From positions 124,001-188,000 of the forward strand of contig VJWM01000126.1 in NCBI GenBank assembly GCA_010909165.1: a stretch of 64,000 nucleotides of DNA, written 5' to 3'. The translations under genes and the position numbers were made by a program. The stretch comes from Anthoceros angustus. Taxonomy: Eukaryota > Plantae > Anthocerotophyta. This document shows positions 1 to 12,467 of this stretch, one piece after another (positions within the stretch are counted from its first letter, which is position 1; each line of letters begins with the position of its first letter). Under the pieces are notes generated by a model. The model made no database searches. It was not told where the DNA came from and worked only from the letters and a program-made list of their open reading frames with translations.

Positions 1-1065
1 GGCCGTCATGCTTGATGGATGTGAAACCGGCTATCCTGTCCCTCACTCAGCTGACCTCCCCTCCGGCGTCACTCCGGAGGCAGCAGCGCCCGGGTCCGGG
101 TCCAGCCACCTGCAAAAAAGCGACTACTTCTGGAGCAAGCGCGCACGCAACCACTGCTCATCCTGGTCCCCACAGCGCGCATGGAACCAAGAATCCTACC
201 CTCGTCTCCCTCCCGCAGTCCAAGAATTGAGCAAGAAAAGCGCCATGGCCGCAGATGCACGCAATTTCACCACGCCACCACAGCACAGCACATCACAGCA
301 CACCAAGCCACAGCAGCTGAACCCTATCAGGTGGGAAGACACACGCAAACACGCACCACGGGGTGATGCGAGCCGGCCATGCCTATCTAGTCCCCTAGCC
401 GCAAGAACGAACCTACATACCACTACCTACCCTCCAAAATCCCTCCTTGCCTTCCCTCTCCTTTCCTCCACTTCCAATTCCCCTAACACCTGCTCCAGCA
501 GCTCACTCCTCCACCATTCTCCCTGCCCTGCTGCTGCTCTCTCCTAGAACCGCGGCCCGCGCCTCCGAGGCATAAATCAGCTTCACATTCTCCAATGCGT
601 CTTCCTCCTCCGGCCTACCTTCTCCTCCCAGCCAGCCAGCCAACTTCCTGTTCCCGCACCAATTGCTGCAGGCGAGATCCGAGGCCTGCCGCAAGCCGGC
701 AAATCCTGTCTCTGCTGCTCCGGAAGTCCGAATTTTTTTCCGCCTATTGTGCGCTGCTCTCCTTGCCTCTGCCTTCTTGCGCTGCTGCTGCTGCTGCTGA
801 TGCTGCTGCTGACGCTGTCTCCGCCGCCTCCGCCGCGAGCGCGTGCGAGAGCGTGCCTGCTACGCCTGCCTGCCCGCCTTGCTGCTCGCCCGCCTGCACA
901 GCTTGCGACGAGAGTCGCGACTAGCGAGGTAGTCAGACCGCGGAACCCCGTTGCCTCGCAGCCCGTCGCGGACTGTAACGCGTCCCGTTATGTTCTACGG
1001 CCTCGGCTCTCGGCCCTCGGCGGGCCTTGCTGGGCCCACGATTGGGTTAGGTTAGGTTTCCATAA
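1..1065 (-). promoter_or_regulatory. Probable promoter and 5' UTR (with intron) of a minus-strand gene that runs off the left edge
   Basis: Minus-strand acceptor (tgcag|GTG) near 110, candidate ATG at 9-7, (GCT)n tract ~781-810, TGGGCC site-II-like motif ~1031 and telo-box-like ggttaggttaggttt ~1045-1059. No coding homology visible. Confidence 0.3.
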
Positions 1066-2369
1066 ATGAGTTGGTAGGTAATTTAGGTGGGCGCGCGGGG
1101 GAGAGGTTTATATGAGCCATGCCATGCCGGTAATTTAGGATGTTGCACATGCGATATGAATGGGCGGACAGCTGGATGCCATGTCATATGTATGCTAGTG
1201 AGCAAGTTCACGTGCATCGCATGTACTAGCCATCATGGTGGGAGCCATAAGCCATGACTTTCACACATGCCTCACGCTGCCCTTCCGTTATCACAAGCTC
1301 ACACCGCACATCCATGCCATAAGCAAGCGGCTACGCTGCACACGTTTTCAGACCTAGAAGCATTCCGAACAAAGCCCGATAAGTTATCTGTACCAGACCA
1401 GGTCATATCTCATTATTTTGGTTTGGGCAGGACGTAATGTATGGATATAATCGACTGCAAGATTTTCAATCAGTAATTACTAATTTAATTAGTAATTTTA
1501 TCATTTTCTACTTTCTAGGTCCAATTTAGATCACTCATTTACACCTTTTCTTTACAAGACATGACAAGTGAATCCCTCATTCTCTTTGGGTGAAGAATGG
1601 AACACTAGCATGCCAAAAGAAAATACATAAATTCTAACATTGAGGAGATTTTAAAACCCTCGGTTGCATGTTGTTGTCATGTATAAGAATGGGATGGCGT
1701 CTTATTGACTTGAATTCTAATATGAACCATGGAATGAATGCTAGTGTCAAAACATTCCCCTATGGATAGATGAATCATCCTTTACAAACATGAGCAAATA
1801 AATGTGTACCTATTTAAAATTATACAAGTTCAAAATTTATACCTTCAAGAATTTACCCCTTTAAGAATTTTCTTTTCTCTACGGATCCTTCTTAGAGTAT
1901 ATCAAATACTAAAATAATAATAAATTAAAAATAATAATAAACACCACACCCCCCCGGTAAGTAACCACCACGGTGGACCACATATTTGTAATCTTATATT
2001 TTACATATTTTACATTACTCTTTTAATTAGGTACTTTTTTTTATTATACATAGTCATACTAAAAAGCATGTTTGCATTCTAAAGTAGATGAGACAAGTAT
2101 AAATTACATATAATTACATAAAATATTACTTAATTATAGCTCCATAATTAAAATTATTCTCCTACGGTAAGATATAATTATAAAATATCTTTTCTAATGA
2201 TGGTAATAATTAACACCATAATTACTATGGTGAAGTGGTCTTACCCCTAAAACTCACAAATTTGAGCAAGGCGTGGTGATTAGTAACCGCTCACGGGGCT
2301 CCACTTCCGAATAGGTTATCCTAGATTATAAGACTCCACCTCTGAACAAGTTATCTAGACTGTCTGGAG

Positions 2370-2760
2370 TGACAATTAGAGGGATGGAGTCTTGGGGCAT
2401 TAAGTAACGTGACAACTGAAGGCACAGCGTCCAAGGTCAGTAAGTAATTAAAGTACAAAGGAATGAAGGCAGCAATCCAGCTCTTCATCCCACTTGCTTT
2501 GGAAACGGGGCCTTGACTAAGGACTTTAATAAATTTATCAAGTTTTGCACTGAAATATGTGTATATCATGCACAAAGATGTGGAGCAGGGTTACCTCTCT
2601 CCTATGTCATAGCATTCTTTCGGGAAGGTGTCCATTGGCAGAGATGCATCCTTATGGCATATAGGCTATTTAATCTCCCTTGTTATGACATCATTGGCAT
2701 TTTAGGGGACCTTAGATATGGAGCTTCGTTTGCTCTTTTTAGCTATGACACTTGGGGTCT
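2370..2760 (+). mobile_element. Degenerate 3' remnant of an RLE-type (CRE-like) non-LTR retrotransposon
   Basis: Broken frames read ..LKYKGMKAAIQLFIPLALETG..DFNKFIKFC..G.PLS..IAFFRE, resembling the K..KY..FIPLA.ET.G..FFRQRVS C-terminus of RLE non-LTR ORFs. A related piece lies at 52940-53250. Confidence 0.45.
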
Positions 2761-3644
2761 CCCCACCTATGATGTTTATATAAATAGGCTCACCCCAATC
2801 TCTTCTCTCTCCATAAAATATATCTCCTAGGTGCAAACCCCATTCATACTGGCCCTTTTGTGGAATACCTCTCAGCTTATATTGGCTCTTAGAAAATTTA
2901 AATATTATTAACTTAATTTAGCTATCATTTAATAATAATAATTTTATAAAATAAAATCGTGAGAAATTGGTATAATTTCAAAAAAAATTCTAAACCATCA
3001 ATCCCATTGAAGAAATCTTTTAAATAATTCGAAGAATTTACATAGATATAAACAATTTATTCGGAGATGTTCATTTCCATGAAATGGAAGCATAGGGAAC
3101 TAAAGGAATGGAGCAAACGTTCGAGGGCTCCTAGTACCGTATTATGGTACGTGGTTTATCCATATACAGTAAGTGTGGTCCAATAAAAAAACGTCTACAT
3201 TCGTTCGATTACCACTTACCACTTCTGCTATGCACGGTCCATCGTGGGATGAAGCCCTCTCTCCTCCCTCAGTAAAGTTTCGGCTATGCACGGTTCGTTA
3301 TGTGATTGGCGCGTAGCGCATTCGGAAAAAAAGGGTAGACTTTGTCGTCGACAAGCGAACCAAGGCGTCGAAGATCGGAGCGAAAGGGTGAGCCAGTAGT
3401 CAGGAAGGGGCCTAAGTGCCCAAAGGGGGGAGAGTCGACTGAACATCTCAGAGTATAAGGGTTTGGCACATCACGAGAAGTAACCCGAAAACCTGAATGC
3501 TGGTCGCACACACTTGGGACTCGGGGGAGCTCCGGACGGATTCCTCTGCACGTATGATGTGCTTGTCACAGAGTGCAAGGTTTGTTTGTCACGTGAAATC
3601 GTGCAGGTGACCACCGGCTTGCCCACTTGGAACGTTGAGACGCA

Positions 3645-4727
3645 ATGGATTGCGGTTGCAAGCAGGCAGCTCCTGTGCAGGCTATGTGCCCGTCGCTGGC
3701 TCCGGTGCGGCCAGTTTATCTTGTCTCCGCCACCTGCGCCTTCTCTGCACCGCGTGCCTACAGGCAAATTGCTTCTTGCTGGAGTTTGCGTCCGCGCAGT
3801 GGCTCACCATCGGGAGGAGGGAACAGGCCTCGACAGCCTGCACTTCCTTCGGGACTTAAACTTTCAGGTCAGCCGGCAAGGGCGGAGCGGGAACCGCGGC
3901 TATGGCAGGACGTAGGCTGGCTGGAAACTGCTCTTGCAACTGGTTTGATGCTCATAGCTGGTGACGCGCGTGGAGAGGAAGCGGTAGTAGACTCCGGCAG
4001 TGCGGCTGTAGACTCTGGAAGTGTGGTGGAAGCGGCAAGCGGATCCGAGCAGGATGTGTTTGAGATCATTCGAGACGTCGACCCTGCAAGTGCAGGTGTA
4101 GACTCTGGAAATGCGGTGGAAGCGGCAAGCGGATCCGCGCAGGATGTGTTTGAGAGCATTCGAGACGCAGGCTCTGGTGGTGCGGGGCTAGATTCTGGAA
4201 ATGCGGTCGAAGCTGCAAGCGGATCCGCGCAGGATGTGTTCGAGGTTATTCAAGACGTAGGCTCTGGTAGTGCGGTTGTAGGCTCTGGAAGTGCGGTGGA
4301 AGCGGGAAGCGGACCCGCGCAGGACATGTTTGAGATTATTCAAGGCGTAGGCTCTGGTAGTGCGGCTGTAGACTCTGGAACTCCGGTTCTAGACTCTGGA
4401 AGTGCGGTGGAAGCGGCAAGCGGATCCGCGCAGGATGTATTTGAGGTTATTCAAGACTCTGATACCGGTGACCTGTTTGGCTCTTTGGCAACCAGCACTA
4501 TCAGCCTCCTGTTTGTCCTGGCTGCCGTTGGCCTCGTTGTCGTCACCATCGGTGTGGTGTATCTGTCAATCTCAGACTACCGCGAGAAGAAGGATGCCGA
4601 AAAGGATAGGGAAGGTCGGAAGCCTGCCAAGGTGCAAATTGAAGAGACAGGTACCTCGATCACTGGTAGTGGCAAGGGATTCGGGAAGAAGCCAGAAAAG
4701 GTCTCCAAGGAAAAGACCCGGAAGTAG
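3645..4727 (+). CDS. Intronless 360-aa putative plastid (thylakoid) single-pass membrane protein with five 30-aa acidic Ser/Gly/Ala repeats
   Basis: S/R/P-rich N-terminus nearly free of acidic residues (transit-peptide-like); hydrophobic signal-like segment WLETALATGLMLIAGDARG|EE; repeats VDSGxAVEAASGSAQDVFE(I/V)IxD; one TM helix ISLLFVLAAVGLVVVTIGVVYLSI; Lys-rich tail with GKGFG. Confidence 0.8.
   Translation: MDCGCKQAAPVQAMCPSLAPVRPVYLVSATCAFSAPRAYRQIASCWSLRPRSGSPSGGGNRPRQPALPSGLKLSGQPARAEREPRLWQDVGWLETALATGLMLIAGDARGEEAVVDSGSAAVDSGSVVEAASGSEQDVFEIIRDVDPASAGVDSGNAVEAASGSAQDVFESIRDAGSGGAGLDSGNAVEAASGSAQDVFEVIQDVGSGSAVVGSGSAVEAGSGPAQDMFEIIQGVGSGSAAVDSGTPVLDSGSAVEAASGSAQDVFEVIQDSDTGDLFGSLATSTISLLFVLAAVGLVVVTIGVVYLSISDYREKKDAEKDREGRKPAKVQIEETGTSITGSGKGFGKKPEKVSKEKTRK
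4008..4459 (+). repeat. Coding tandem repeat, 90-bp unit, 5 copies
   Basis: ggatccg(a/c)gcaggatgtgtt-like core recurs at 4041, 4131, 4221, 4311 and ~4422 (last spacing has a 21-bp insert); all in frame. Confidence 0.95.
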
Positions 4728-5308
4728 TCAGCTTGTCAAGTCGTCTACATGAGTGACAACTTCTTGGACAGTATGTCAAGTTCCAAACAGCATGGCAATA
4801 ATTCCGTGCACAATGTGGTCTGGCTGCCATAACTCCTCATGCTCTCATAGTACTCCAGTTCCTTAGTCCAGCATGCCGGCATATTATTCAATGTACACAG
4901 ACCAATTAAATCCTGCATACGCAGCAAGAATGGCACCAAGTCCAGAAGACCTTCCAGAACCGGGACCTCAAACGTATCTGGCTTCAGATCATCTGTACAG
5001 GACAGCCAGCATGGGACTGAAAAATGACAACCAATCAAGAGGCTCTGCCTAAGCCTCAATCATTCAGCCAGCAAGCGGTTTTAACTAGATTACACTCCCA
5101 TAGTGACAATCTACATGCCACCTTCAACGACAGTTACCCAAGGCATCGATTCCTAACTATCTAGTAGTACCTTCGAAGTACTTCAACCATTACCTCCACC
5201 TGGATCCACAAGGAGAAAAACGAAACAGGCATTCGTGTTCATAGTGATCTATCAAGGAGGAGGACAAGTATCAGCCCTAACAAACAGTATCACAAACACC
5301 CTGTTAAA

Positions 5309-8300
5309 TTAAGCGTTTGGCCTGGAAAGGCTTCCAGAGACCCCTGAAGTCTTCAGTTTCGCATTCACACTTCGGAAGTCAACCAAATCCTCAAAAAGTT
5401 TGTCTGTAGGCTTGTCCTGCCCGGCTGGCTGCTGTGCTGGTGGGCCCTGAGCACCAAGACCATCTTGCAAAGACAAACTATGCGTCCTGCTTGTGATGTC
5501 CGCCACCTGTGGGAAAGAGGGAGATCTCTGATAAGGGTCAGAGTTTAGAGTGGATTGCTGCTGCTGCTGCTGGAAGTACTGCTGCCTTAGGGAGTGCTGG
5601 CCTGGTGGTGGCGGAATTGGGGAGACAACATTGTTAGGAACCACACTTTTCCCATACAGCAGTGCACGCTGCTGTTGATTCATGGGCTGCTGAGCCTGTT
5701 GCTGGTTTAATAGCTGCGGACTTCCGCTCCAAGCTGCATCACCTGAGTATCCACTAGGAGGAGAAAGTGGACTAGACCATGGTGCTGCATACCCTGCAGA
5801 AGGCAGCTGGCCAGTTGCTCCCTGATAATGTTGCAGAGTTTGCTGTGCCTGCTGCTGCTGTTGATACTGAGCATAGGTATATTTAGGCTGAGGCACTTGA
5901 CCGACAACTCCTCCATTTGAGTAAGTGTACTGCTGCTGTGGAGGAGATGACCCATATACCCCAGCCTGAGGTTGGGGAACACCCTCAGGCTGAGAGACAG
6001 CCTGAAAAGGAGCTGTTGCAAAGGGGTTCACAGATTGCTGCTGCCCGCTAGACAGCGGCACAAGAGCAGTGGATGCTGGTTGAGAGGAACCAAGAGATGA
6101 GTGAACATAGTTTGGGTTCACCAAGGGCTGAGGCTGTACTGTCTGCGGTTGGGTATCCTGGTAAGCATCCCCACTCAGTAAATCTACCGTCATCTCCCGC
6201 TGGCTTGGAGTAGAAGACAATTTCCTTGGTGGAGGAGGCGGGGGAAGAGCAAGCTGAGGAGATGCCTTGCTTGGTTCAGAAATCTGGCTCTGGGATCTGA
6301 AACGTGAAGGTCTACAACACCAGGGTCACAACCCATCAGTCTACACAATCAACAGCACTTGCAAAACTATACCCACAAACACAGGCAATCCAGTGATGGC
6401 CAACAGAAAGAACAGGAAAAACCTGTGTGCAAGCTGCTGAAAATCATCCTCTGCCTCCTCTTCTTCATGATCAAACTGGCGTCCATGAGGAGCAGGTGGA
6501 GCTGTTGCATTTGGAGAATCCCGAGGTAAAGGAGACCCTGACGCTAAAGCATCATGCTTAGCTATGACACGTTGCAGGTCATCATTTAAAGCTAGGCCCC
6601 TGCGAAGCAACTCCTCATCTCTGCAGCAAACCATCCCAGCATTCACCTGAGTTCAGGAAGATGCTCAATCGTTTATCCAAAAGCTCCCAGGGAGACCCGA
6701 TTAACTGAATTGCATTACTCACGATGTGGTGCTAACAAGGTGCTCCACCCGCCGCTGAGAAACACGACACTGCTCCAGAAGCTCAACAATAACCTCCTCC
6801 TTCACAGCCTGCAAAGCAGAAGGCATGTACTTGTTTAGTGGCTACACTGACTTCCAACACTTTGTCACTTCTAGGAGTAGACTTGCTGACCTCTTTACTT
6901 GGTGGGTCTATAGCATTTAACATCTCGCTAAGCAAATCGACCCCACCCTGAGCTGTTTCAATGTCTGATAAGCTGCAGTCATGAACCATCGTCACGAAGA
7001 CGGCCATTTATACCCAAAAAGCCAGAGATTGTAGCCAATGAAAACATTAGATTATGTCCTTGGTGGCTACAACTAAGGATGAATGCCTTACTTCATGGTT
7101 GTCTCTGTAGTGGCCTGTCGAGCTGCTTCCACCCTTTGCGGACCGTATCCTGGAGGATTATATGCAGTTATTGGCTGGGTCTGTGGGGGAGTGAAAATGG
7201 GAACAGCTGCTTCTGCTGCTCTTTGTGGGAATTCGACACCAAATCGCTGCAGATTGTGGAAACATTGTGTTTTAGTGGACGAACAGGTTACGAAATTCAA
7301 AATATAAATAGAATGTGGGATTCACATGGACGTACCCTCAATTCATCATAAGCCAGGTAGTATTGAGGATATCGACCTCCTGGACCTCCAAAAGCTTCCT
7401 GCCAAGCGTCTACCAAGACCAGGATTTTATCTCTCACCTGCATGTCCGTCTGCAAAAGAAAAATGCAGTTCAGCATCACGGTGATGCCATCAAACGGCCA
7501 ACAAAGTCAAGCCTTCAGAAAGCTGAGGAACTAACCTTCTTCTTCACAATCTTGACCATCTCATGCAACACATCTCTTTCTGCCACTTGCTGATGTACGA
7601 TATCGGTGCAGTTTTTTATCAGAGTTTCCAACACCTGACAAATCCAAAGGGGACAAACAACCTCAACTATTTCCTAAAAGGTGCACAACGGCTACAGCAC
7701 AGAGGAAAGGAAATATCATGCTACGTGCAAGACACTTGCATCCCGCAAACTGCTCAGGGGCTTCAGCCCTCATGTATAAGCAGCTCCCGTACTCCAGGTT
7801 CACTTACAGTCAGAGCAAGCAGTTGCACTTTCGGGTTCTTGCTCCCCAGGCGTTTCTTCACTGCCTTGATCACATCTCTTGCTTGCCTGCCCAGGCAAAG
7901 GAAGACAACATCAACCAGTGCAAAATACCGCTGCTCGAAACTGCTTTCTACAGAGGTTCATCAGCAGGCGACAACAAAAACACTCACTCGCTCGAACTTG
8001 CAAGCCATATCACATTTTGCTTCGCATTCACAGGCTACCCGTTCCTCACCTGTGCCAAAGGTAGGAGGGAGACAAGAAGCGCAGTGACAGGTTCGCATAA
8101 CCACAGCACGCTGCATACTGCCAGAACTCATTCAAGCACAAGATCCAGTTTACGGTCGGCAAAGTAAAAGTTGCTCGAATGAGAAGTACAAATACTACAC
8201 AGCACAACTGCGTCTCCGCACGACGGCTACATAGTACCACCCCAAATACATCCACAAACAAAGATTCCTCCAGGCCCGCTCCAACGGCCAACAACTCAGG

Positions 8301-8729
8301 GCTGCTGAGCACAGCATTCACCAGCTAAAAGCCCGTACGTTTGCACGAATTGCACCATACTCACACACACACACACACAAGCTCAAGCTCAAGCTCAGCT
8401 GCAAAGGAGGCTCCAGCCCTAACACAAGCCAAGCAAACCATCACCACTCCAACAACAAAGCTTCAAACATCAAACCCTCCCAAAAATCCACCCGACACCC
8501 AAATTCCCACACCTCCAACCCAAAACCACACTTTCCGACCCTCAAAATTGCCACAACACAAAACCAGCCCAGAATTGCCCCCCCACGGCTCCTAATTCCA
8601 CAATCCCCGACCCAAACCTTACCCCGGGTCCCCGTTGATGATGTCGCAGATGTCCAGGTTCATGGCCCAGTCGGGCCCGATGAGCAGATCGCTGGTGGCC
8701 TTATCCACGAGGCCTGCCGCCGCCGCCAT
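5309..8729 (-). CDS. TOL: TOM1-like (TOL) VHS-GAT domain protein, ESCRT-0-like ubiquitin receptor; about 9 exons
   Basis: Spliced translation: [36 protein letters not shown] (8729-8623) | [26 protein letters not shown] (7886-7808) | [33 protein letters not shown] (7634-7536) | [31 protein letters not shown] (VHS). GAT exons read [49 protein letters not shown]-rich last exon ends [17 protein letters not shown] junctions and phases fit for the exons checked. Confidence 0.95.
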
Positions 8730-9825
8730 GTCGCTCCCACTTCCCTCCTGCTCCCCCTAGCCCGGCCCGCCCTCGAATCCTCCGCTCCCCTCCCCTGCCC
8801 TGCCTTCCCTAGCCCAGCCTCGCACGGAATTGAGTCAATTGGAGAGCGTTTCCAAACTCGGCGGCGTCGTCGGCAGCAATCTCATCCCCGGGCAGCATCA
8901 GCAGGAGCATGCTGCACAGGGCTAAAGTAAGGAAGAAGAGCTCCCAAAGCGAGGAAGATGCGGTGCTGCTACCGGAAGCCTTTTTCTCCGCTCAACACAA
9001 AGGTGTTAAACACACACAACAAATCCAACTCCAACTCCGCACCAACTCCCGCACGCAACACAGCAGCCTAGGGAACCAGGTATGGAATCCAGCATCAGCC
9101 GGAGAGGGCGGAGGCAGAAGCCACGAGCCCGGAACGGAAGCAAACTGGGCCCAGCACACTACAGCCCGTCCATCCACGAACGGGGCTCTCTCTCTCTTCT
9201 TTGCCTTGATCGCACTGGCCTGGTACACATATGTACTGGCCAGCTTCCGGAGCTCCTCCTTTGTTAACTCGTATTCAGTCCACTCCTTCCCCATTCCCCG
9301 TGAGCACGCGTCCATAAAACTACACTACATACTACATGCCCACCTCCTCTTTCCTATCTAAAACCTCTTTCCTTTATAAAAACGCATATATCTAAATGCC
9401 TACCACGGAAGTCTAGGTAGGTATACGTTACACGCGCTAGGTTACAATGGGAAACACCTAGGTGTAGTAAACGGTGCAAAATTTTTAATAATTCTAATTT
9501 ATAAATTAATTCATTAATAATATATATACATAATATACACAAGATGGAGACTTTATAAATCTGCACAGATGAGAAGTCCCATCTACACTGGGGCGATGGG
9601 AACAATCCTCTACAGATCCATGGCCTAGAGTACTCTATAGTCATATACCCAAGACCTATGATCTCCTTCGATTCAATATTACCTTTCCTTTGCTATTCCC
9701 CTCCATCAACTGCCAAATCTTCCGCGTTAACTGTTAACGGTTCCCCTTTGTTCACTCCTTCCGGACATCAACTAGTCTCTACATCAATATCATTGCATGT
9801 CTCAAGTATTTCCTAACTGGGACAT

Positions 9826-9980
9826 TGCCTGCATCAACTACTGCATATATTAACTACTGCATGCATCAACTACTGCCTATATCAACTACCGCATGCATCA
9901 TCTACTGCCTATATCAACTACCGCATGCATCATCTACTGCCTATATCAACTACCGCATGCATCAACTACTGCCTGCATCA
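9826..9980. repeat. Minisatellite, 16/32-bp unit (tactgcctatatcaactaccgcatgcatcaac)
   Basis: Directly visible tandem copies, decaying on both sides. Confidence 0.85.
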
Positions 9981-11092
9981 ACGGTGAAGTACCAGCTGCT
10001 TGACTGTTACTCTCCCGTCCCTCCGACTTATTTGCAATTTTGTAGCTAGTACTCTCCCTCATTAATTATCCACTTATTTGCAATTTTCTAGCTAGTACTT
10101 TCCCTTATTAATTATCACTATCTCTTTCTGAACTTATCAAACATTCACATCTCAACTATTTCCTAACTAGTACTCCCCCTACATCAACTAATACTTGCAT
10201 CAACTAGTACCCTAATGATTTATCACTATCAGGTCGGATACGACTCATGAAGTGTTCCCTTGCCGTCCGACTTCTTTCTATCCTCTGTACTTACACCAAA
10301 TAAAAGTGTCTTTTCATCTTTCACTATCTGGTCCGTCCGGTCTCTTACTGTTTCTTCCTATATAATGAAGTGTTCCGTCATTCATTTATGTATCCCTATT
10401 CGAACACTCAGACTTATTCTTGTATTGTGTATAAAACACATACGCTTAGACTTATTCTTGTATTATGTACAAAACATATACCCAATTATCATCATCATTC
10501 AAGGTGGTCTTAAGCTTGAATTCGCATGAGGTGATCCAATGTACCCACTCATCAATTCACAAGTCTAGTATTCTCATCAACTTTCCCGATTCCTTGCATC
10601 CAGAGCTAGCGTAACAACCACAAAGTTTTTTTTGGCGTGCACTATATAGCCAAGGTTCTTATTATACATGTGCTAGTTAGTAGCCAATAATACTAATTGA
10701 GTTATTAGTCTTATTAAGTGAAAATAATATGTCTAAAAAGTGACCAGAATACAACGGTGGCATGGCCTACCCGCATGTATGGAATGTCCAGGGGCTCCGG
10801 ACACGCGTTTCTTTCCAGATTCCTTGTGACAGTTGGATTCCCGAACACATGGGTGCCGGCTGTTGGAAGCGCTGAGTACAATCCGTGAGAAACGACGGGT
10901 CTCTTTCCCTGGTGAGGCCGTCAGCAGTCACGCTTCTGAGGTGACCTGACTCTTGACCGGGGACGACTTGACCACTGGGTAGCTTGCAAACTACGCTTGG
11001 AACCCCTGTCCGTCAGCTTTAAGAACCGGATGAACAACCCGTTCGAGCCTCGGGATGCTCCGGGCTAGAGGAGGCAAAGAGGCTGCTTGTCC

Positions 11093-11710
11093 ATGGCTGA
11101 TGGAGTGATTGTGTTGCTGCTGCTCTGTTTGCTTTCGTGTTCGGCAGCCTCTGCTAACAGACTTCACTTACCAAGAGGCAAGGAGCTTGTTCCAGCTTCC
11201 GGCCAACCAAGCGACGGGAATTTTAGGGAATCTTCTATTTCCATATCCAATCCTGTTGAGAACCATGACCATGACGAGTTCCAGCACCCCGTGCCGGGCC
11301 ACACTACATGTCACGTCTGTGAGCGAGAATCAGTAGGTGAAAGCAAGTGCAGGGGAGTGGCTCACAAGTTGTTGCGCAGGTTGTTGCGAGGTGAGAAAAA
11401 GGTTGCTCCTGATGGATCATGCACAGGCTTTTTCAGCTGCCTTCTTGTCCTGTCCCGCTTTCGATCCTCGTTTACGAGGCATTGCGAGATCAGGATATGT
11501 TTCATTTCAGAAGCAAAAGGTAAACTGACGATGAAGTAGACTTTGATTTTTCTGACCAGGCGTTTGTATTCGCCTGGTTCAGATAATGGTGAGCAACCCG
11601 GTGTCTCGAAGGAGGAAGGATTAGGGCTGAAAAGAAAGCTAGCGGTCGTGGCTAAGTTAGCAAGTTGGAAACCAGGTTTGCCTCCGTCTCCCCCTTCAGG
11701 TCACGACTGA
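11093..11710 (+). CDS. Putative small secreted peptide precursor (144 aa, 3 exons including a 9-nt micro-exon) with an IDA/PIP-like C-terminal motif
   Basis: Model: exon1 11093-11390, intron gtgaga..tttcag (120 nt), exon2 11511-11519, intron gtaaac..ctgac..ttcag (63 nt), exon3 11583-11710; 435 nt in frame. Signal peptide MADGVIVLLLLCLLSCSAASA; basic sites RRLLR and KRKL; terminus LASWKPGLPPSPPSGHD*. Confidence 0.65.
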
Positions 11711-12467
11711 TCAACGGGGCAGCCGAAGGAAGTACTACGAACAGATCTCCCAGAAGTTTGTGAAAAAGGAGGTTACCTGTCTCGAAGCCTCTCGACATCC
11801 ACATCGGCTGGCCGAGGGCGTCGGGAAGTTCTGCTCGAGAACTCTGCAACAGAAACCATCTAAGATGCGCTAAATGAAGGAGAATCACAAAGGAGGTCAC
11901 ACACGACGAGGAGAAAGACAAGAGTCAACAAGAAAGATTTTCGGGAGGCGTAGCTAGGATGCAGACACAAAGTCTGCACCAACAGTAGAACGCTATCCCA
12001 GACACCTCTAGGCCGGGTGAAATAGGCCACACCGGATCGAGGCCAGTGTGCCCTTTGGATTGCTGGCCACAAAACTCAACAGATCAAAGCGACAAAGCGT
12101 GACAGATCAGGACGAAAACAAGGCGCACACTCAACCATACGGCCATACAAGACTGTAGAGAACCTGCTTGAGAGGAAAGATAGTAGAGACATCTTGCCTC
12201 TTCAAAGGGACCCGAAACCTTGTTCTTGGCCTCCGATGGACCAGGGTGATGAGGCGAACAATCACACCGGTCTTGGGGAGGCGCTCGCTGTCTACACTAC
12301 TCTTCCTCCGCTCGCAAATGACAGAGCGTGGTAAAAAGGACCTGAACAACAAACGAGAGAAAGCACGTAGACGACAGACACGGACAGTGAGAAGTAGGAA
12401 GTAGGGCGGGGCTTTTCAATCAAACCCTTCGAGCAGGGATGCCAATGTTAGGGCAAGCCGAAGCTGA

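Noticed and set aside
8-1069. Plus-strand ORFs of 179, 109 and 106 aa
   Set aside because: Low complexity with no recognisable domain; better explained as UTR/intron of a minus-strand gene.
11391-11539. Unspliced 150-aa version of the secreted protein
   Set aside because: The tail is pyrimidine-rich and bounded by good splice signals; the spliced model is more coherent, though unproven.
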